Part shown: positions 1 to 13,539 of the stretch, piece by piece | Layout: each line of letters begins with the position of its first letter | How positions within the stretch are numbered: the first letter of the stretch is position 1 | Source of the DNA: the human T2T-CHM13v2.0 reference genome, Homo sapiens | NCBI RefSeq assembly: GCF_009914755.1 | Contig: NC_060928.1 | Strand: one strand, 5' to 3' | Length of the DNA stretch: 64,000 bases | Notes under the pieces: model-generated | The model's input: only the letters and a program-made list of their open reading frames with translations | Database searches by the model: none | What the model was told of the DNA's origin: nothing | Translations under genes and position numbers: made by a program

Positions 1-54
1 TAATAAAAGCAATATCTTATCAATTTGAGTCCAGAATGCTCATAACAATATGTT

Positions 55-450
55 ACATTCTGTGATCAGTAAACATTTGTTTGGAACTTCTGTGCACCAG
101 AAACTGGGGGTTTAAAGATGGGGGCTGGGCACAATAGCTCATGCTTGTAATCCCAGCACTTTGGAAGGCTGAGGTGGGAGGATCACTTGAGGCCAGGAGT
201 TTGAGACCAGCCTGGGCAATATAGACTCAGTTTCTACAAAAAATATTAGCTGGACGTGGTAGTACTACCTATCTACTAAGGTGGCTTGAGCCCAGGAATT
301 GGAAGCTGCAGTGAGCTATGATTACACCACTGCATTCCAGCTTAGGCAACAGAGTGAGACCCTATCTCTAAAAAATAATAAATAGAAAAATAAAAAATAA
401 ATAAATATTAGAGAAACAGGGACCCTAACTTCAAAGAACTCTCAGTCTAA
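55..450 (-). mobile_element. L2 3' fragment interrupted by an Alu
   Basis: CATTC..AAACATTTGTTTGGAACTTCTGTGCACCAG..CTGGGG before the Alu and GACCCTAACTTCAAAGAACTCTCAGTCTA after it resemble the antisense L2 3' end. Confidence 0.45.
123..407 (+). mobile_element. AluJ-type SINE with a deletion in the right arm
   Basis: GGCTGGGCACAATAGCTCATGCTTGTAATCCCAGCACTTTGG..GGATCACTTGAGGCCAGGAG..GTGAGCTATGATT..; A-rich tail; J-type diagnostics. Confidence 0.9.
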
Positions 451-689
451 TTATACTCATGACTGCTTCTCATCTCCAGACACTAATGTTGTCTTGTTTC
501 CATTGTTTCCAGATAATCTTATGTGAAGATTTGACAGGTAAATGTCAGCTAAATGGTTTATTGGCTAGTTACTAATTAGTAACCAGCCTGACAATAGCTA
601 TTTTGGGAATTATGAATAATGTTTAGGGGAAGTTCTGAAAACTGGCAATCAGTACTGGCCTATAGGTATTTGTATTTGGCATCCACGGT

Positions 690-691
<2 letters not shown>

Positions 692-722
<31 letters not shown>
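692..722 (+). repeat. poly(T)31
   Basis: Direct read. Confidence 0.95.
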
Positions 723-723
<1 letters not shown>

Positions 724-729
724 TCTGTT

Positions 730-1400
730 TGTCTGGTAATATCTTTATTTACCTCCAACCTTTTCATTAAATTTGGGAAGCTTTGGGACATTTCTTCTCA
801 ATCTCTTCTTCTGCTCAGCCAGGTGATATTTCCCATAGGTCCCACCTCCAGCTTTCTGTATCTTTGAGAGGTACCTTAATTCTTTCTTTGGAGGTCTACT
901 TCTGAACATCAGTAGAGACCTTAAAGGGACTTTTCTTAGCGTTTCTCTCCTGTCCCTGATCTTCAGTGGTTTCCCCCTTGTACTTGGGGAAGACCTGCAT
1001 GCCTCAGCAGACCCTGCCTCCTCTCCTTCCACTCCCAGCCTTCAGTATACTACCTGCATGCACTTAGTGAAGACACCATTGGTGAGATGATGCAGACTTG
1101 TTCTGTGGCTAAAGCCCAGAAATTTAATCCATAATCTCAACGGATAGCCATTAAAAGTTTGTTAAAAGTTTGTTAAAAGTTTGTCTGGTTCCTCCTTACT
1201 GCTGTCTATGGTAGATTCTCCCTTCTCCTGCTGCTTCATCAGGGATGAAAGTAGCTGTGCATCTCTTCTGTCCTAGGAAGGGCTTATCACCTCATTTAGG
1301 TTTCTTTGTGCTTCAATTCCTGGATGGTTTTAATTTTAACCTAGTTTAGCCAGCTTGTTCTAGGGTGAACTTCTGACATCCTTATGAAAAGCAGAAGTCC
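730..1400 (-). mobile_element. Old L1M 5'/ORF1-region fragment
   Basis: TTCATTAAATTTGGGAAGCTTTGGGACATTTCTTCTCAA and following pyrimidine-rich sequence resemble antisense old L1; includes a 3x TTAAAAGTTTG tandem at ~1151-1183. Confidence 0.45.
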
Positions 1401-1419
1401 CCCACAGTGTCTAAAAAAT

Positions 1420-1570
1420 TTAAATAGTTGCCAGCACTAAAAATGTTAAGATTTACATAACAATCTTATTTCTGGCTTCTCTTGAAAAATGAGAAGTTCT
1501 AGCAAGAGAGGGCCTAAATTTCATAGCAACCGTAAGTGGAGTCAAATAATATCTGTCCCATTCCTATGAG
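1420..1570 (+). mobile_element. hAT-Charlie fossil (MER102-like)
   Basis: ATTTACATAA..TTTCTGGCTTCTCTTGAAAAATGAGAAGTTCTAGCAA..GGGCCTAAATT motif. Confidence 0.5.
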
Positions 1571-1930
1571 GGAGATATGGCATTGATCTATTCCTTTATA
1601 GAGAATGCTTCATAACATAATTTGATATCTAGGCAGGTAGAAGCAGAAAGATACACTATAAAAACTTCTTTGTTTAGGTTCATACAGCATTTTAAGTCAG
1701 GCCATTTAACGAGCTCTTAGCACGGTTTCCTGATGTGACAATGTTCCTCTTGATCTTTTTCAAGTACAATGGATTCCTAAATCCTTCTTGCAGGTTCATT
1801 AGTGTTAAGATTTATTAATGAAGGCAAACTGTGCCTTTCAAATTATCCTTCAAGTGCAGAGAATTGTTGAGATGTATTCTTTCCAGAGTTTGTAAGATTT
1901 TCTGATGAATCTTTTTAGTTTTAAAGGCTT

Positions 1931-1935
<5 letters not shown>

Positions 1936-1961
<26 letters not shown>
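1936..1961 (+). repeat. (TG)n microsatellite
   Basis: Direct read. Confidence 0.95.
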
Positions 1962-2219
1962 ATGCTTCTTTTCAAAAATAGTCTGAATCATTGAAACTTT
2001 TTTATTATTTGAAGGGGATGGAATAGGACTGATTAAAAGAAAAGAAAGTAGTGAAATACATATTTAATAAATCATCAGCAAAATACTTAAAATTCATGGA
2101 AATATATTCACTGATAAAGAAATTATACTTTTAGTTTAACATTCACTTGCAGTATGTGTCAAGGTCCACTCTGTATAGAATCAAGTCACTAACTTCTTCT
2201 ATTCTTTTCTTTGTTCCTT

Positions 2220-2350
2220 TATTCCTTCCAACATCCATCTGCTATTTGTTAAGCACCTTGCTAGGTGCTGGGGACTTAATGGAAAGCCAGACAGATCTAG
2301 TTTTTGCATTTATGGAATTTGGGGATGTTAAACAAGCAATTACACAAAGT
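2220..2350 (-). mobile_element. L2 3' fragment
   Basis: TATTTGTTAAGCACCTTGCTAGGTGCTGGGGAC..AGACAGA..TGGAAT. Confidence 0.55.
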
Positions 2351-3534
2351 GTGTGAAGCCTATATGCATTTGATTTTTGTTTATTAAAACTACAAGCATG
2401 ATGGTAAAATATGTAGAAATTAATAATTCATTTCATGTCTAATTTGAGAATGACTTTGAGATAATTTTTTTTCCCTCAGTCTTGTCTCTTCAGGAATACA
2501 CATTTGAACTGTATAAATTTCATTAGCCAAAATCTTTTAGGGTGTCATGAAATGTGGTAAATATAGCAAAATAAATTATTTTAAAAATGATGTTCTATAT
2601 ACCCCTAAATATTGTTCTTTTGAAAGAAGTCACCTTGAAGAAAGGTCTGTTATTCCAATGAATACAATCTTGGATTTCTTTTCTAAGAAAATTCTCTTGA
2701 ATATTCTGAATGGTGAAACATTTTCCTTTGTGGAGATAGATGAATTTTTGAAATAAGCCAAAAGTATCTTGGCTATCACATATTCTCCTAAATATTCTGA
2801 GCGGCAGCACATTTTTATTTGTGGAGGATAGATTTAGTTCTTGAAATAAGCTAAGAGTATTTAAAATTCAGACCTATTGAATAAGACAGGAATCCATACT
2901 ATTTGCGGGGATGAGGTTGTTGCTGTCTCAAAGCAGCTGTGACTATGATGTCTGGAGGGTGTGTCTGGTTAATCAGCTCTGAAGATAATTCTTCAAGAAG
3001 AGCTCCACAAACTATTTAGTACACAAAAATATACATCAATAGGCCTGCAACATTATGATGTTGAAGAAAAACAATCATTTGAGTAGATAAATTTTTGTTT
3101 ATCCAGAAAAAATCTTATTAGAGGAAATTGACAACAAAAATAGTTAAAGCTGTAAAAAATATGTATAACTTAATAGTTTCTTTGGTAGCATAATATGGTA
3201 TTATGCATGTACAACAGCTTGTAAAGTGAACTATACTTCTTTGTACCTGTTTGTATTTATAATATAAAAATGGCTTATTTAGATATGTTGCTTCCAGATT
3301 AAAAATATGCTATGATTCAATTCTAAATTATATGACATTTTCTTGAGGTACTTATGGTTTATTTGAAACTTTATGTATAGAATGCCTTATTAAAATAATC
3401 AAGGTTTTGTACAAAAGTTCGGAAGAAAGGCAGGACACAAGTGAATTACACATAGTAAGTTATTCAACCAGCTTTGAATAGCTGTCTTTGGCTGAATTAA
3501 TATTTGATTCATCAGAAGCAAATGACCAAACAAA

Positions 3535-3730
3535 ATGGCATGGGTCTTGGAGCTAGAGAAACCTAATTTAGAATCCTACTTTACTGCAAGCTAATTGTCC
3601 ATGGCCTCAGACAATTTGTGTCCTGTTTTCCGTATATATACACATAATATATATAAGATAGATAATGTCCATCCTGTTGTGTTAATATATGTAACATACC
3701 CAATGGGCTCAACAAATGGCAGTTATTATT
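3535..3730 (+). mobile_element. MIR fragment
   Basis: GGGTCTTGGAGCTAGAGAAACCT..GAATCCTACTTTACT..GCTCAACAAATGGCAGTTATTATT. Confidence 0.5.
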
Positions 3731-3889
3731 AAGAGATAATATGGGAAAATTGAAATTTTTTTACATATTGTAATTTTCTTATAATTAAAAGCACATTTGC
3801 TAATACTACTGTCATTTTACATGACATTCATAACTTTCTTTTCATCAGCATCTACTGTGGTGCTGGTTGCCAATCAATGGAGATACCCA

Positions 3890-4042
3890 AACCGGGAGTG
3901 TTGGTGCATACTTACAGTCCCAGCTACTGCTTGAGATTAGGAGTTTGAGACTGTAGTGAGCTATGATTGTGCCTGTGAATAGCCCCTGCACTCCAGCCTG
4001 GGCAATATATCAAGACCCTGTCAAAAACAAACAAACAAAAAA
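3890..4042 (+). mobile_element. FAM (fossil Alu monomer) with TSD
   Basis: GCTATGATTGTGCCTGTGAATAGCCCCTGCACTCCAGCCTGGGCAA is FAM-diagnostic; flanked by CAATGGAGATACCCA (3875-3889) and CAATGAATATACCCA (4044-4058). Confidence 0.8.
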
Positions 4043-4389
4043 GCAATGAATATACCCAGTAGTTTTGGAATTTGTGAGTTTCCAACTTAGAACATAGGAC
4101 TAAGTCCCAAAAGTGGCAGTTGACAGTCACTATAAAGGAGAAAGTATTCTTCTTGGAGAAACTTCTTCTAGATCTTTTTTGAGATCTAAAATAGGGCTAT
4201 CATGAAACCTCGTTACAGGCAGTTCTAATTCGCATTAGCATGTATTTGTGTATACATATGTGGGCACTCTAAAATTTTCTTACTGTCTGACTTCTGAATC
4301 AACAATGTTATTGCTGCGCTCCAGGAGCACAGTGTGATTACTTTGCTTTTGTAATATATCCATGAGCAAGAGCCAGATGTTCAAATTCA

Positions 4390-4391
<2 letters not shown>

Positions 4392-4431
<40 letters not shown>
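4392..4431 (+). repeat. poly(T)40
   Basis: Direct read. Confidence 0.95.
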
Positions 4432-4432
<1 letters not shown>

Positions 4433-6164
4433 GCTAAAGAGATTATCATCCCTGAATATAATCTCAAAGAAAGTTCCTGGGCCCTGCTCCAATAAGAAAA
4501 AGTCTTGTTTCTCTTTACAAAATCAAAGGAAAGGGCTTTTTATTATATGAGAAGTATAACATTGCATTCCAGTAGAGGAAACAGGCAATCACCTTTTGAT
4601 CCCTAATGTGGATACCCAAGTTTGTAAATTTAATAAAAAGATAAAAAATGTGGTGGTGTTTTTATCTCAAGCAATAAACTCTGATTAAATCTTGCCAGTT
4701 TGATGCTAACAGTCTTCCTGGGTAGCATGAAGGTGAGTGAAAGCTTTGGACAAGATAATAGCAACAGACAAATGTGAAAGAATATGAAGTTTTAAAGAGC
4801 CTTTCAGAACACTAAAGAGTTTAGGAAATTAAAGTAATCAGTATGGCTTTTCATGCTCCCGTGTAGGCTTAACTGTCTAGGTTCATTCACTTCTCTGTCA
4901 TGGAGTAAATCTATCTCCACCATTGTAATGACTATTTCTTAGTCTGTAATGATTATCTTTCATGTTCCTTTTTATTATTATTTAAAAAAATAAAGATGGG
5001 CCAGAAAGTAATATGCACATTATCTGTTGAGCCTAACAAGCTGCCAGTCAGCTAAGCCTCATTGCTCTTATAACTAAAGAGGTAAGTTTGGGAAAGGGAG
5101 GATGTGGACTGGAATTTTTAACAAGGTCTTGAAAATTTATCATCATGTTGAGCAGAAGCTATAGCATATAGGAAAAAATAATAATTACTATGAGGTATGT
5201 AACAATGCTTGGCTATGCAGACACATCTTTAAAATGTTAACGTGATAACAGTGGTCTGAAAAGTCAGAAACTTTAGATGGCATGCTTTGTATAATAGATA
5301 TTGAGTGCAATTCAGTCTAGTTATGCATGTTTATACAAATGTGTGGAGTATGGTAGTAGGGTCTTTAGTTAGAATAAATTGTAATTAATGTTGAGATTAA
5401 CTTTATTTTATGTCAATTATGTTTCTTAGTTTATCCCATATTCATGATGATAACATTTTGATAAAGAAGTGAGGATTTTGCATTATGGTTGTGGATAGGA
5501 AGCAGTGCTTAAACATTTTGGTTTTGCCTGGTTAATGTTGATAGCAATTAAATAATCCTAATATGACTTAAGTTAGGTATGGCTTATATTTTTGTTATCT
5601 AGATATTAAATTGAGCTGGCTTCTTTTAATGTTTCATGGTTGAAGTTATATTAAAACATATTAGTTTGGCACAGCTTTCAAAAGGGCACCCTCTGTTAGA
5701 TAAAGGGTGCCATAATAGCTTCTGGAATGACCTATTATTTTTGGCATATAAAAAGAGTTATAATGCTGTTCGTTAAAATTTATGTTTCATAATAAAATGA
5801 ATAATTCATTCACTCATCCACTGACAAGCAGAATACTTAAATTAATGTCTCAAAGTAAAAAATCAGCACCAAACCAAAAAGCTAGGGTTGGAGGTAGAGA
5901 AAGAAGCCTGGCTATTAGGATATAATGCATTTTCAGAAGATAACCATAATATAAAATGAGTCTGAAAGTCATTTATAAAGAACAGGATATTAAAAGCTAT
6001 AGGAAAAAAAGGCCATTTATCTATTTGTGTACTATTTTGAAGACTTGAGCCAAATGTTTCATCAGTGATTTGGGCGCCTTCCAATAAATTGGATGGGGTT
6101 TATGTGTGTGTGCAGGGTGGGGTGGGAAAGGAAGGTGGGCAACAGTCTCTTTTTCCTTTGAGCT

Positions 6165-6310
6165 TTGTTTATTTAAGCCTTCATTCAGTAATTCAGCAAA
6201 TGCCTACTGAGCAGCTGATATGTATAAGGCAAGCTGCCAGGCACTACAATTTATATACAAAGATATCTAAAGCATAATACCTGAGTTCAGAAGTTACAAG
6301 TGGAGATGAC
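6165..6310 (-). mobile_element. L2 3' fragment
   Basis: TTCATTCAGTAATTCAGCAAATGCCTACTGAGCAG..GCCAGGCAC. Confidence 0.55.
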
Positions 6311-6438
6311 ATATCTAGATGAATTTAAGATAAAATTAGTTTTAAACATAATTCTGAAGTAAATTATGGAATGAAATTAATTTGTTAATGACTAAGGATG
6401 AGTAAATAAATCTCATCCACTGCCTCCTTTTTACAAAG

Positions 6439-6472
6439 CATCATCATCATCATTATCATCATCATCATCATC
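6439..6472 (+). repeat. (CAT)n microsatellite
   Basis: Direct read. Confidence 0.9.
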
Positions 6473-6487
6473 TGATCATTAAGGATA

Positions 6488-6688
6488 ACAATAATAGCCA
6501 ACATGTACCATTCTGTGTGTTTACATGTATTTATATGTACACAATAACCCTATGGTGCAGGCGCTATTATTATCTCCATTGAATAAATGGGGAAACTGAT
6601 GGACGATAAATTATGCAACCTGCTCAGGATCATACAGGTAGTAAGGGTAGTCAGGGCTTAGCTCCAGAGCCCAGGGTTTTAGCTATCA
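6488..6688 (-). mobile_element. MIR
   Basis: CAATAACCCTATG..CTATTATTATCTCCATT..GGGGAAACTGA..AACCTGCTCAGGATCATACAG core. Confidence 0.75.
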
Positions 6689-7039
6689 GAAATTACACAC
6701 ATGCAGGCATTGCTGTCAACTCAGAACCAATATGGCGTAATTCCCTGACAATATCTAGTTGGCATTCTAAGATGTCAGGATTGTGAGGATATTTTCATTT
6801 TGTTTTCCAGATTTCTTTAAAGTTGTGAATAGAAATTTCATATAGTTTGAAACAAGTCAAAGAGCTCAGGCCTTGGTTTAGAAAAGGAAATTGTATGAGT
6901 ATGACAGATGTTCTGTTGTTGATATTTGAACATTCACATTTACAGAGAATCTTTATTTCCTAAAACTGATGTTTATCAGGGTTAGTCAAGACAGTCACAA
7001 ATCAAACAGAGGTTGTTTCTGGTTAGCTAAGTTCTATCC

Positions 7040-7172
7040 ATAATAAGAGAGTTCTGAACTGGGATCCCTGTACACATGACCATATCACTTTTCAGATCTC
7101 AGGTTTTCCATGTGTAAAACAGAATTGAATGAAGTGATCGCCTGGGTCCATTTCAAGCTTCATGTTCTGTGA
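7040..7172 (+). mobile_element. MIR3-like fragment
   Basis: CTCAGGTTTTCCATGTGTAAAAC..GATCGCCTGGGTCCATTTCAAGC..TTCTGTGA. Confidence 0.5.
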
Positions 7173-7244
7173 GTTTATATTTCTTTGCATTAATGAGGCT
7201 CATGCAGTTCTAGATTTGATAATAATAATTAAGAAAGGTTTTAG

Positions 7245-7528
<284 letters not shown>

Positions 7529-9304
7529 AAAGGTTTTAGTGAGAAAAGTCAGCAAAATTTAGACACTGAGAAAATAGCTTTACATGAGCTGTTATCTTTT
7601 TTCCATTGACGGGTAGCTTTGGCCAAGTCAACCAGTGTACATTGCACAAATAAATATATTACATTGCATTTCTTACAGACTTAAAATAATTGCTTCTATT
7701 CAGAAATAGTGTTAGTTTTGTTTAGTCAAGGAGTTAATTATCATATTTCAACATTTGGTTACAATTTCCCATCTTTTGACTGTGACGCAAAGTAAAATAA
7801 GTTTCCTAGGAAGGCATGCATAAGTTCCAACAATAAAATGCTAAAAATAGAAAACACTAAAAAATGGAATAGGCAGAATTGACGTGATTATGTGTTCATT
7901 TCATACCTCTTGTAGAACATTGTAAAAACTTAATGTTCTTATATTTCACAGATTTGTAGACATTTTTGTTCTAAAGACCTTCAATATCACTTTTCTGAGC
8001 CAGAAGTCCTGTCAGGTAATTTCCAATGCCTGAGAATTTTTACTGCCTAAGGTGTGTGACCATAATATTTTAATATGTGATTGCAATTTCCTAGTTAAGA
8101 AATGGCTATATTAACTATATTGACACAGAGGTGAATTTACCTACTCTTCGAAAAGAAAGCCTGAGATCTTAATAACTTGATTCTCTGTCTGATGTGTGTC
8201 ACGGATGAATCATCCCTCCCATGAAACATGCACAATTAATTTACTCCCATGGAGAAGCAGTTTATGATAAAAACCAGTAGCTCCAGTTCTTCTTCCTAGC
8301 TCTCTGTCCTAGGGCAAGCCATTGACCTCTCAAACACCATTTTATTTTCAACTATGAAATGGAAATTGTTATCCTTAAACCTACCCTAATTTCTTAAAAA
8401 GCAACTTTGCTTCATTGTTTATGAACAATAACACATTTCTTGTGACTCATTTTATGTATGATCACAACACATGAGTACAAGTGGATGCTTTGGATGAGAA
8501 CTGATATTCTAGATGGAGACACAGACTGGAAGGGTCATAGGAAGTGAGTAATCTCACTCCCTAGACAAAAACTTTGCACATCAGGATCTAGAAAATGGAA
8601 GGCTGGAAGTTGGGGGCTTTTTTTTTTCTGATTTTGATGTGAACCAATGTCATTTAGAAGAGAAAATTGGAGCAGCAAAGTGTAAATTTTTAAAAGGCAT
8701 ATTATTATTTTTTAAAAATAGTAGATGTAAGTTTCAGTTTTTTCTAACTCTGAAGATTCAGGACATTGGAACCTACTATTCCTTCTGGGCTTTGGTGAAT
8801 TTCATTTCTGTTTAGGAAAGTGGAAGGGGAGAAGTTAAGGCCTCCATCCTTGATAGTTTAGCCACATATTCACTCTCAATTCACAGGAAAGTTGAATAGT
8901 CTCAGACTGATGTTCCTATTTCTGAAAATGTACTAATCACTTGATATGTAATCATATAAATTCCCACCTCCACATATTCCTACCTGCACACTCCTACCTC
9001 AAACAATTTTTCATTTACCCCACTACTTTTTAGGCATGGGTTAAATAACAAGAGAACCCTACATATTACCCCATTTGAGAAGGCAAGTCTGTCCAAGAAA
9101 GAATACGTCCATCTATGGTGGAAGCTCAAATGATTATTTTTCTCATACATTGAGAATTTCTAATTTACATTCAGGGAAATGTTTCCAATTCACTGAAAAC
9201 AGATAACAAAAAATAAAGAAGTAATAGAATGTAATCTTCACTTCAGTTTTCTGGAAGTTTATATATATATATATATATGTATATACACACCCACACATGT
9301 ATAT

Positions 9305-10158
9305 ATTCTTATTTGAGGTATAACTTATAAACAATAAAGTGTACAAATCCCAAGAGGACAACATGCTCTTTGCATAGACATATTCTTTTATAATCACCAC
9401 TCAGACCAAGGCACAGAAGATTTCCTGCCTCTCTCCCCCTACCTCCTACTCCTTCACAGAGGTAAGCACTTTTCTGTCCTTTACCACCATATATTAATTT
9501 TGCCTGTTTTTGAACTTCATATAAGTGTAATAATATAATATATAGTCTTTTACATTGTGCTTCTTTTCTGCTCAACATTATTTCAGTGAGATCTTATTCA
9601 TGCTGTGGTGTGGAGCAATAGTGTGTTCTTTTTCACTGCTGTGAATTATTTCATTGTATGAATATTCTACAACTTAGTTATTCTATTATTGATGGACATT
9701 TGGGTTGTTTCCTACTTTTTAGCTATAAATAGTACAGCTACGACATTATAGTAAATGTTTTTGGTGAACATTTTTGGTGAACATAGCACCAAGGGTGGGA
9801 TTGCTGGGTCATAGGATAAACACATGCTTAGATTTAGTTGATGGGCCAAAAGTTTCCCAAAGGGCTTATACCAGTTTACAGTCCCATCAACAGCAGATGG
9901 GAGTTCCACATCTTTACCAACATTTAATATGTTGAGTGTAGGTGCTCTTACAGCATTTTAGATGGTGTGTGGAGATATTTTATTGTGATTTTAATTTGCA
10001 TTTCTCAACCAACTAAGCATGTTGATCTCGCTTTTGTATGTATATTGGCCATGTATTTCACTTTTGTGAATGTCTGATCAAGTATTTTCCACATTAAAAA
10101 AATCTGGGTTGTCTTTTTCTTTTTGATTTGTAGTTTTTTATATATTCTAAATATGAGT

Positions 10159-10218
<60 letters not shown>

Positions 10219-10760
10219 ATTATTTTTTTCCAGTCTGTTGCTTGCATTATTATTTTTTAAAGTCGTCTTTCAAAGAGTAGGAGTTTTAAATTTCATGCAA
10301 AATAATTGATTTACCTTTTCCCTTGTGGTTAATTTCTTGCTTTTTTCCAGTTAAGAAATATTTGCCTATCTCAAAGTCTTGAAGATATCTATGCTTTCTT
10401 CTGAAAGATAGCTATGCTTTCATCTTTTATATTTAAGTATCTGATCCATCTCTAATTAATTTTTGTGCATGATGTAAGATAAAGGTCAATGTTTCCCTTT
10501 TTCCATTTATTGAGAAGACTGTCTTGTCCCCACTGGATTGCAGTGGCATTTTTATTATAAATCAAGTGACCATAGCTGTGTGGATCTGTTTCTTGGCTCT
10601 CCAGCATGTCTCTTTGGTTTATCTGTCTACCCTTGAGCTGAAACCTCACTGTCTTAGCTACTTTTGTTTAACAGTAAGTCTTGAATTCTGGTTCCAAGTC
10701 CTGCAGCTTTATCATTATTCATTTTCTAGACATTCCTGACTATTCTAGGCTCCATATATT
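9305..10760 (-). mobile_element. Old L1ME-type 3' end and ORF2 tail
   Basis: TTGAGGTATAACTTATAAACAATAAAGTGTACAAAT..TTTTGCCTGTTTTTGAACTTCATATAA..GATGGACATTTGGGTTGTTTCC; decayed ORF2-like peptides in ORFs 9712-9909 and 10452-10649. Confidence 0.85.
10164..10214 (+). repeat. (TA)n microsatellite
   Basis: Direct read. Confidence 0.95.
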
Positions 10761-12358
10761 CACTGAAGAGATATTTGAAAGCTCTACTTTTGAAAGATTT
10801 TTAAATAACTTTTTGGGAATTAATAAATTTTTCAAAGCATGGGATTGACCTTCAAAATCATTCTGATTATAAGATCTTTGGTGAATTAATGGATCATTAA
10901 GATCTTAATTTCTGCAGTGATAGAATAGGACTAAATAATTTCCATCAACCTCCTTGGATTGCTGTATGGCTAAAACACAAATGATTATAACTCTCTTGAA
11001 TTCAATACTAGTGAATTAGTGCCCTTAATTTAGGGAGGGGAGTTACCTTAAGGATCACCTGGCTCAAGTCCTTTATAACAGAAGTGAAAAACTGTTAAGG
11101 TAGGTGATTTTCCCAATGTCTGTCTCCTGATCCACAAGTCACGTTTCTTTCTGCTAAAGCTTGCCATCTTTTAATCAAACCTACAATATTTTAGGAAACA
11201 TTTGTCTTGATACACATGTCTTGTATCTATTGGCAGAAAGAGATGTGTGACCTTAAGAATGTTAAACTTCAATAAAGAGGAAAACAGTTTATAAGAACTG
11301 TTCCTTTGTGATGTAGAGAGATGCTTAATTAGCTAGAATGTCATTTAAAATTGCAGTGTAAATCTTTAAAAAATTAATCCCAAGTCCCCATGAATTATGT
11401 CTCCTCTGATTGTGCGCTCCAAAAGATTTTAAATCAGCAAGGCACATCTTGATCTAAGAACCATGTTAATGTTTGCACACTCTCCACTTTCTCATTTGCT
11501 TCAAGAGAGGAAGGTTTCTCCTTAATTCCATTTACAACAGCTGGATTTTGGAAGACAAACATTAACAATCTACAATTAAAAATCATTTCAGCTAAAGGGA
11601 ACCTGAACAGATGAGGAGCATCATTGACAGTGGATTTTCCCCACTTCCTACGCTCTCCCCAAAACACTGCTTGTTTCCCTTCCCTTTTATTTTATTTTAA
11701 TCACTCTTCTGAGACATTGTTGGGACTGACTCTTCATCAAGGTGTCCAGCTGAAAAATGGTTATCAGATCCTGCTGAGGCAGGGACAGAGGAACAGCAGC
11801 TCACATCGGCTGCAGATGTGCAGAGTGGTAACTTTGGGAGGCAATGATAATTAAAGAGCATATGGTCCATAATAAATCTGTACAGTAGTGTTAGCCTGTA
11901 TTAATCGAGGGATTAAGAGTAATAGCACATCCTTACAAATAGCATGTTAAATCTCAAGTTACAATTCCTAGGCTTAACATAGGTCTGTGTAAATTTGGTG
12001 TTTTTCTTATTCGATATAGCATATGAAGTGTGAGAGATTTATGATATAATTTGTGTACATGCACCCTGATCAAAATGGCTGAGAAGGGCCTGATAACACA
12101 CAAACATCTGGAGATACAGATGTCATTCCCGTGAAGCTGAAGACTGCCTGGGGCGGGGTGGGGGCAGTAGAAACGTATGATTGTGAGGGAAGCAGGGCTC
12201 AGAAGTGCCAAGTTTCACATGAGTTTGATAGAAATGTGTTATGAGTGCTTAACACTGTGATTGATAGTGTTTGACGAAGCAAACTATCCCCTAAGCCTAT
12301 GCATGCCTTTTTGTTTGGTTTTCGGATTCGTTCTTTACTTTTACTCTTTTTTTTACAG

Positions 12359-12447
12359 TGGTGACTTTTACTGGGAAAGGCATTGAGTGTCCAGGTTTGG
12401 ATAACAGAGGCGACTCTTTTGGAACAGGGAAAGCTGTGGTGAAGAAG
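12359..12447 (+). other. Candidate spliced exon (AG acceptor, GC donor)
   Basis: Long polypyrimidine tract ending TTTTTTTTACAG at 12358; AAG|GCAAGT at 12447; in non-repeat sequence. Confidence 0.35.
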
Positions 12448-13148
12448 GCAAGTCATATCCATGTTGTGTCCTGGCCTGATAGGAGGTTATCAGCAAGAAA
12501 GGGAGAAGTGTGTATTTCCTCGTTCACTTACACGTTCTCAATGTCTATCTATTAATACCCTCAAACCAGTGACTTTCATTCATGTTTATAAATAAAATTA
12601 TATATATGAATACCCTATCAAATTAATAATGATTATTTCTGTTTACTGGAATTATGGAATATTTTTCCTTCATTTTGCTGATCTAAATGTTCATTGATGA
12701 TTGAGATAACATGTTTTTCAGAAGAGAAATATTAAAAGCACAATTTTTCTTGAAATGAATGTCTTCACAAAAGTTCTGGTTTTGAATTCTTCTGTCTTTA
12801 ACTGACCCCAGTGGCTTCCTTCCGGTTTCATCAAAGTCAAAGAATGACTACTACTTCTTTTCTTTTCCTCTCATCATTACCAAGTGAAAATAAACTGAAA
12901 CATGATTATTCTTGTCAGCTCAAACAACATACTTTCTAAGTAGACTAGAGTAGAATAGTTGAGCCTGACAACTGTTATAAACCAAATGAGCAAAAATATG
13001 TAGGACCATATGGTAAAGGATATACATTTATAAGTTAAAGAAATATGTCCACTGGGAAATCCTAGGGGCTGGGCCTTGGAGTTTCCTGAAGCATCCTCCA
13101 TAGATGAAGATGCATCACCTCAATGTTAAGTCAGTCAACTCTCTTCTA

Positions 13149-13539
<391 letters not shown>

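Noticed and set aside
4392-4431. Orphan poly(T)40 as a tail-only retro-insertion
   Set aside because: No TSD or attached element visible; simple expansion is sufficient
5685-5711. GGCACCCT/AGGGTGCC inverted repeat
   Set aside because: An 8-bp stem is expected by chance in 64 kb
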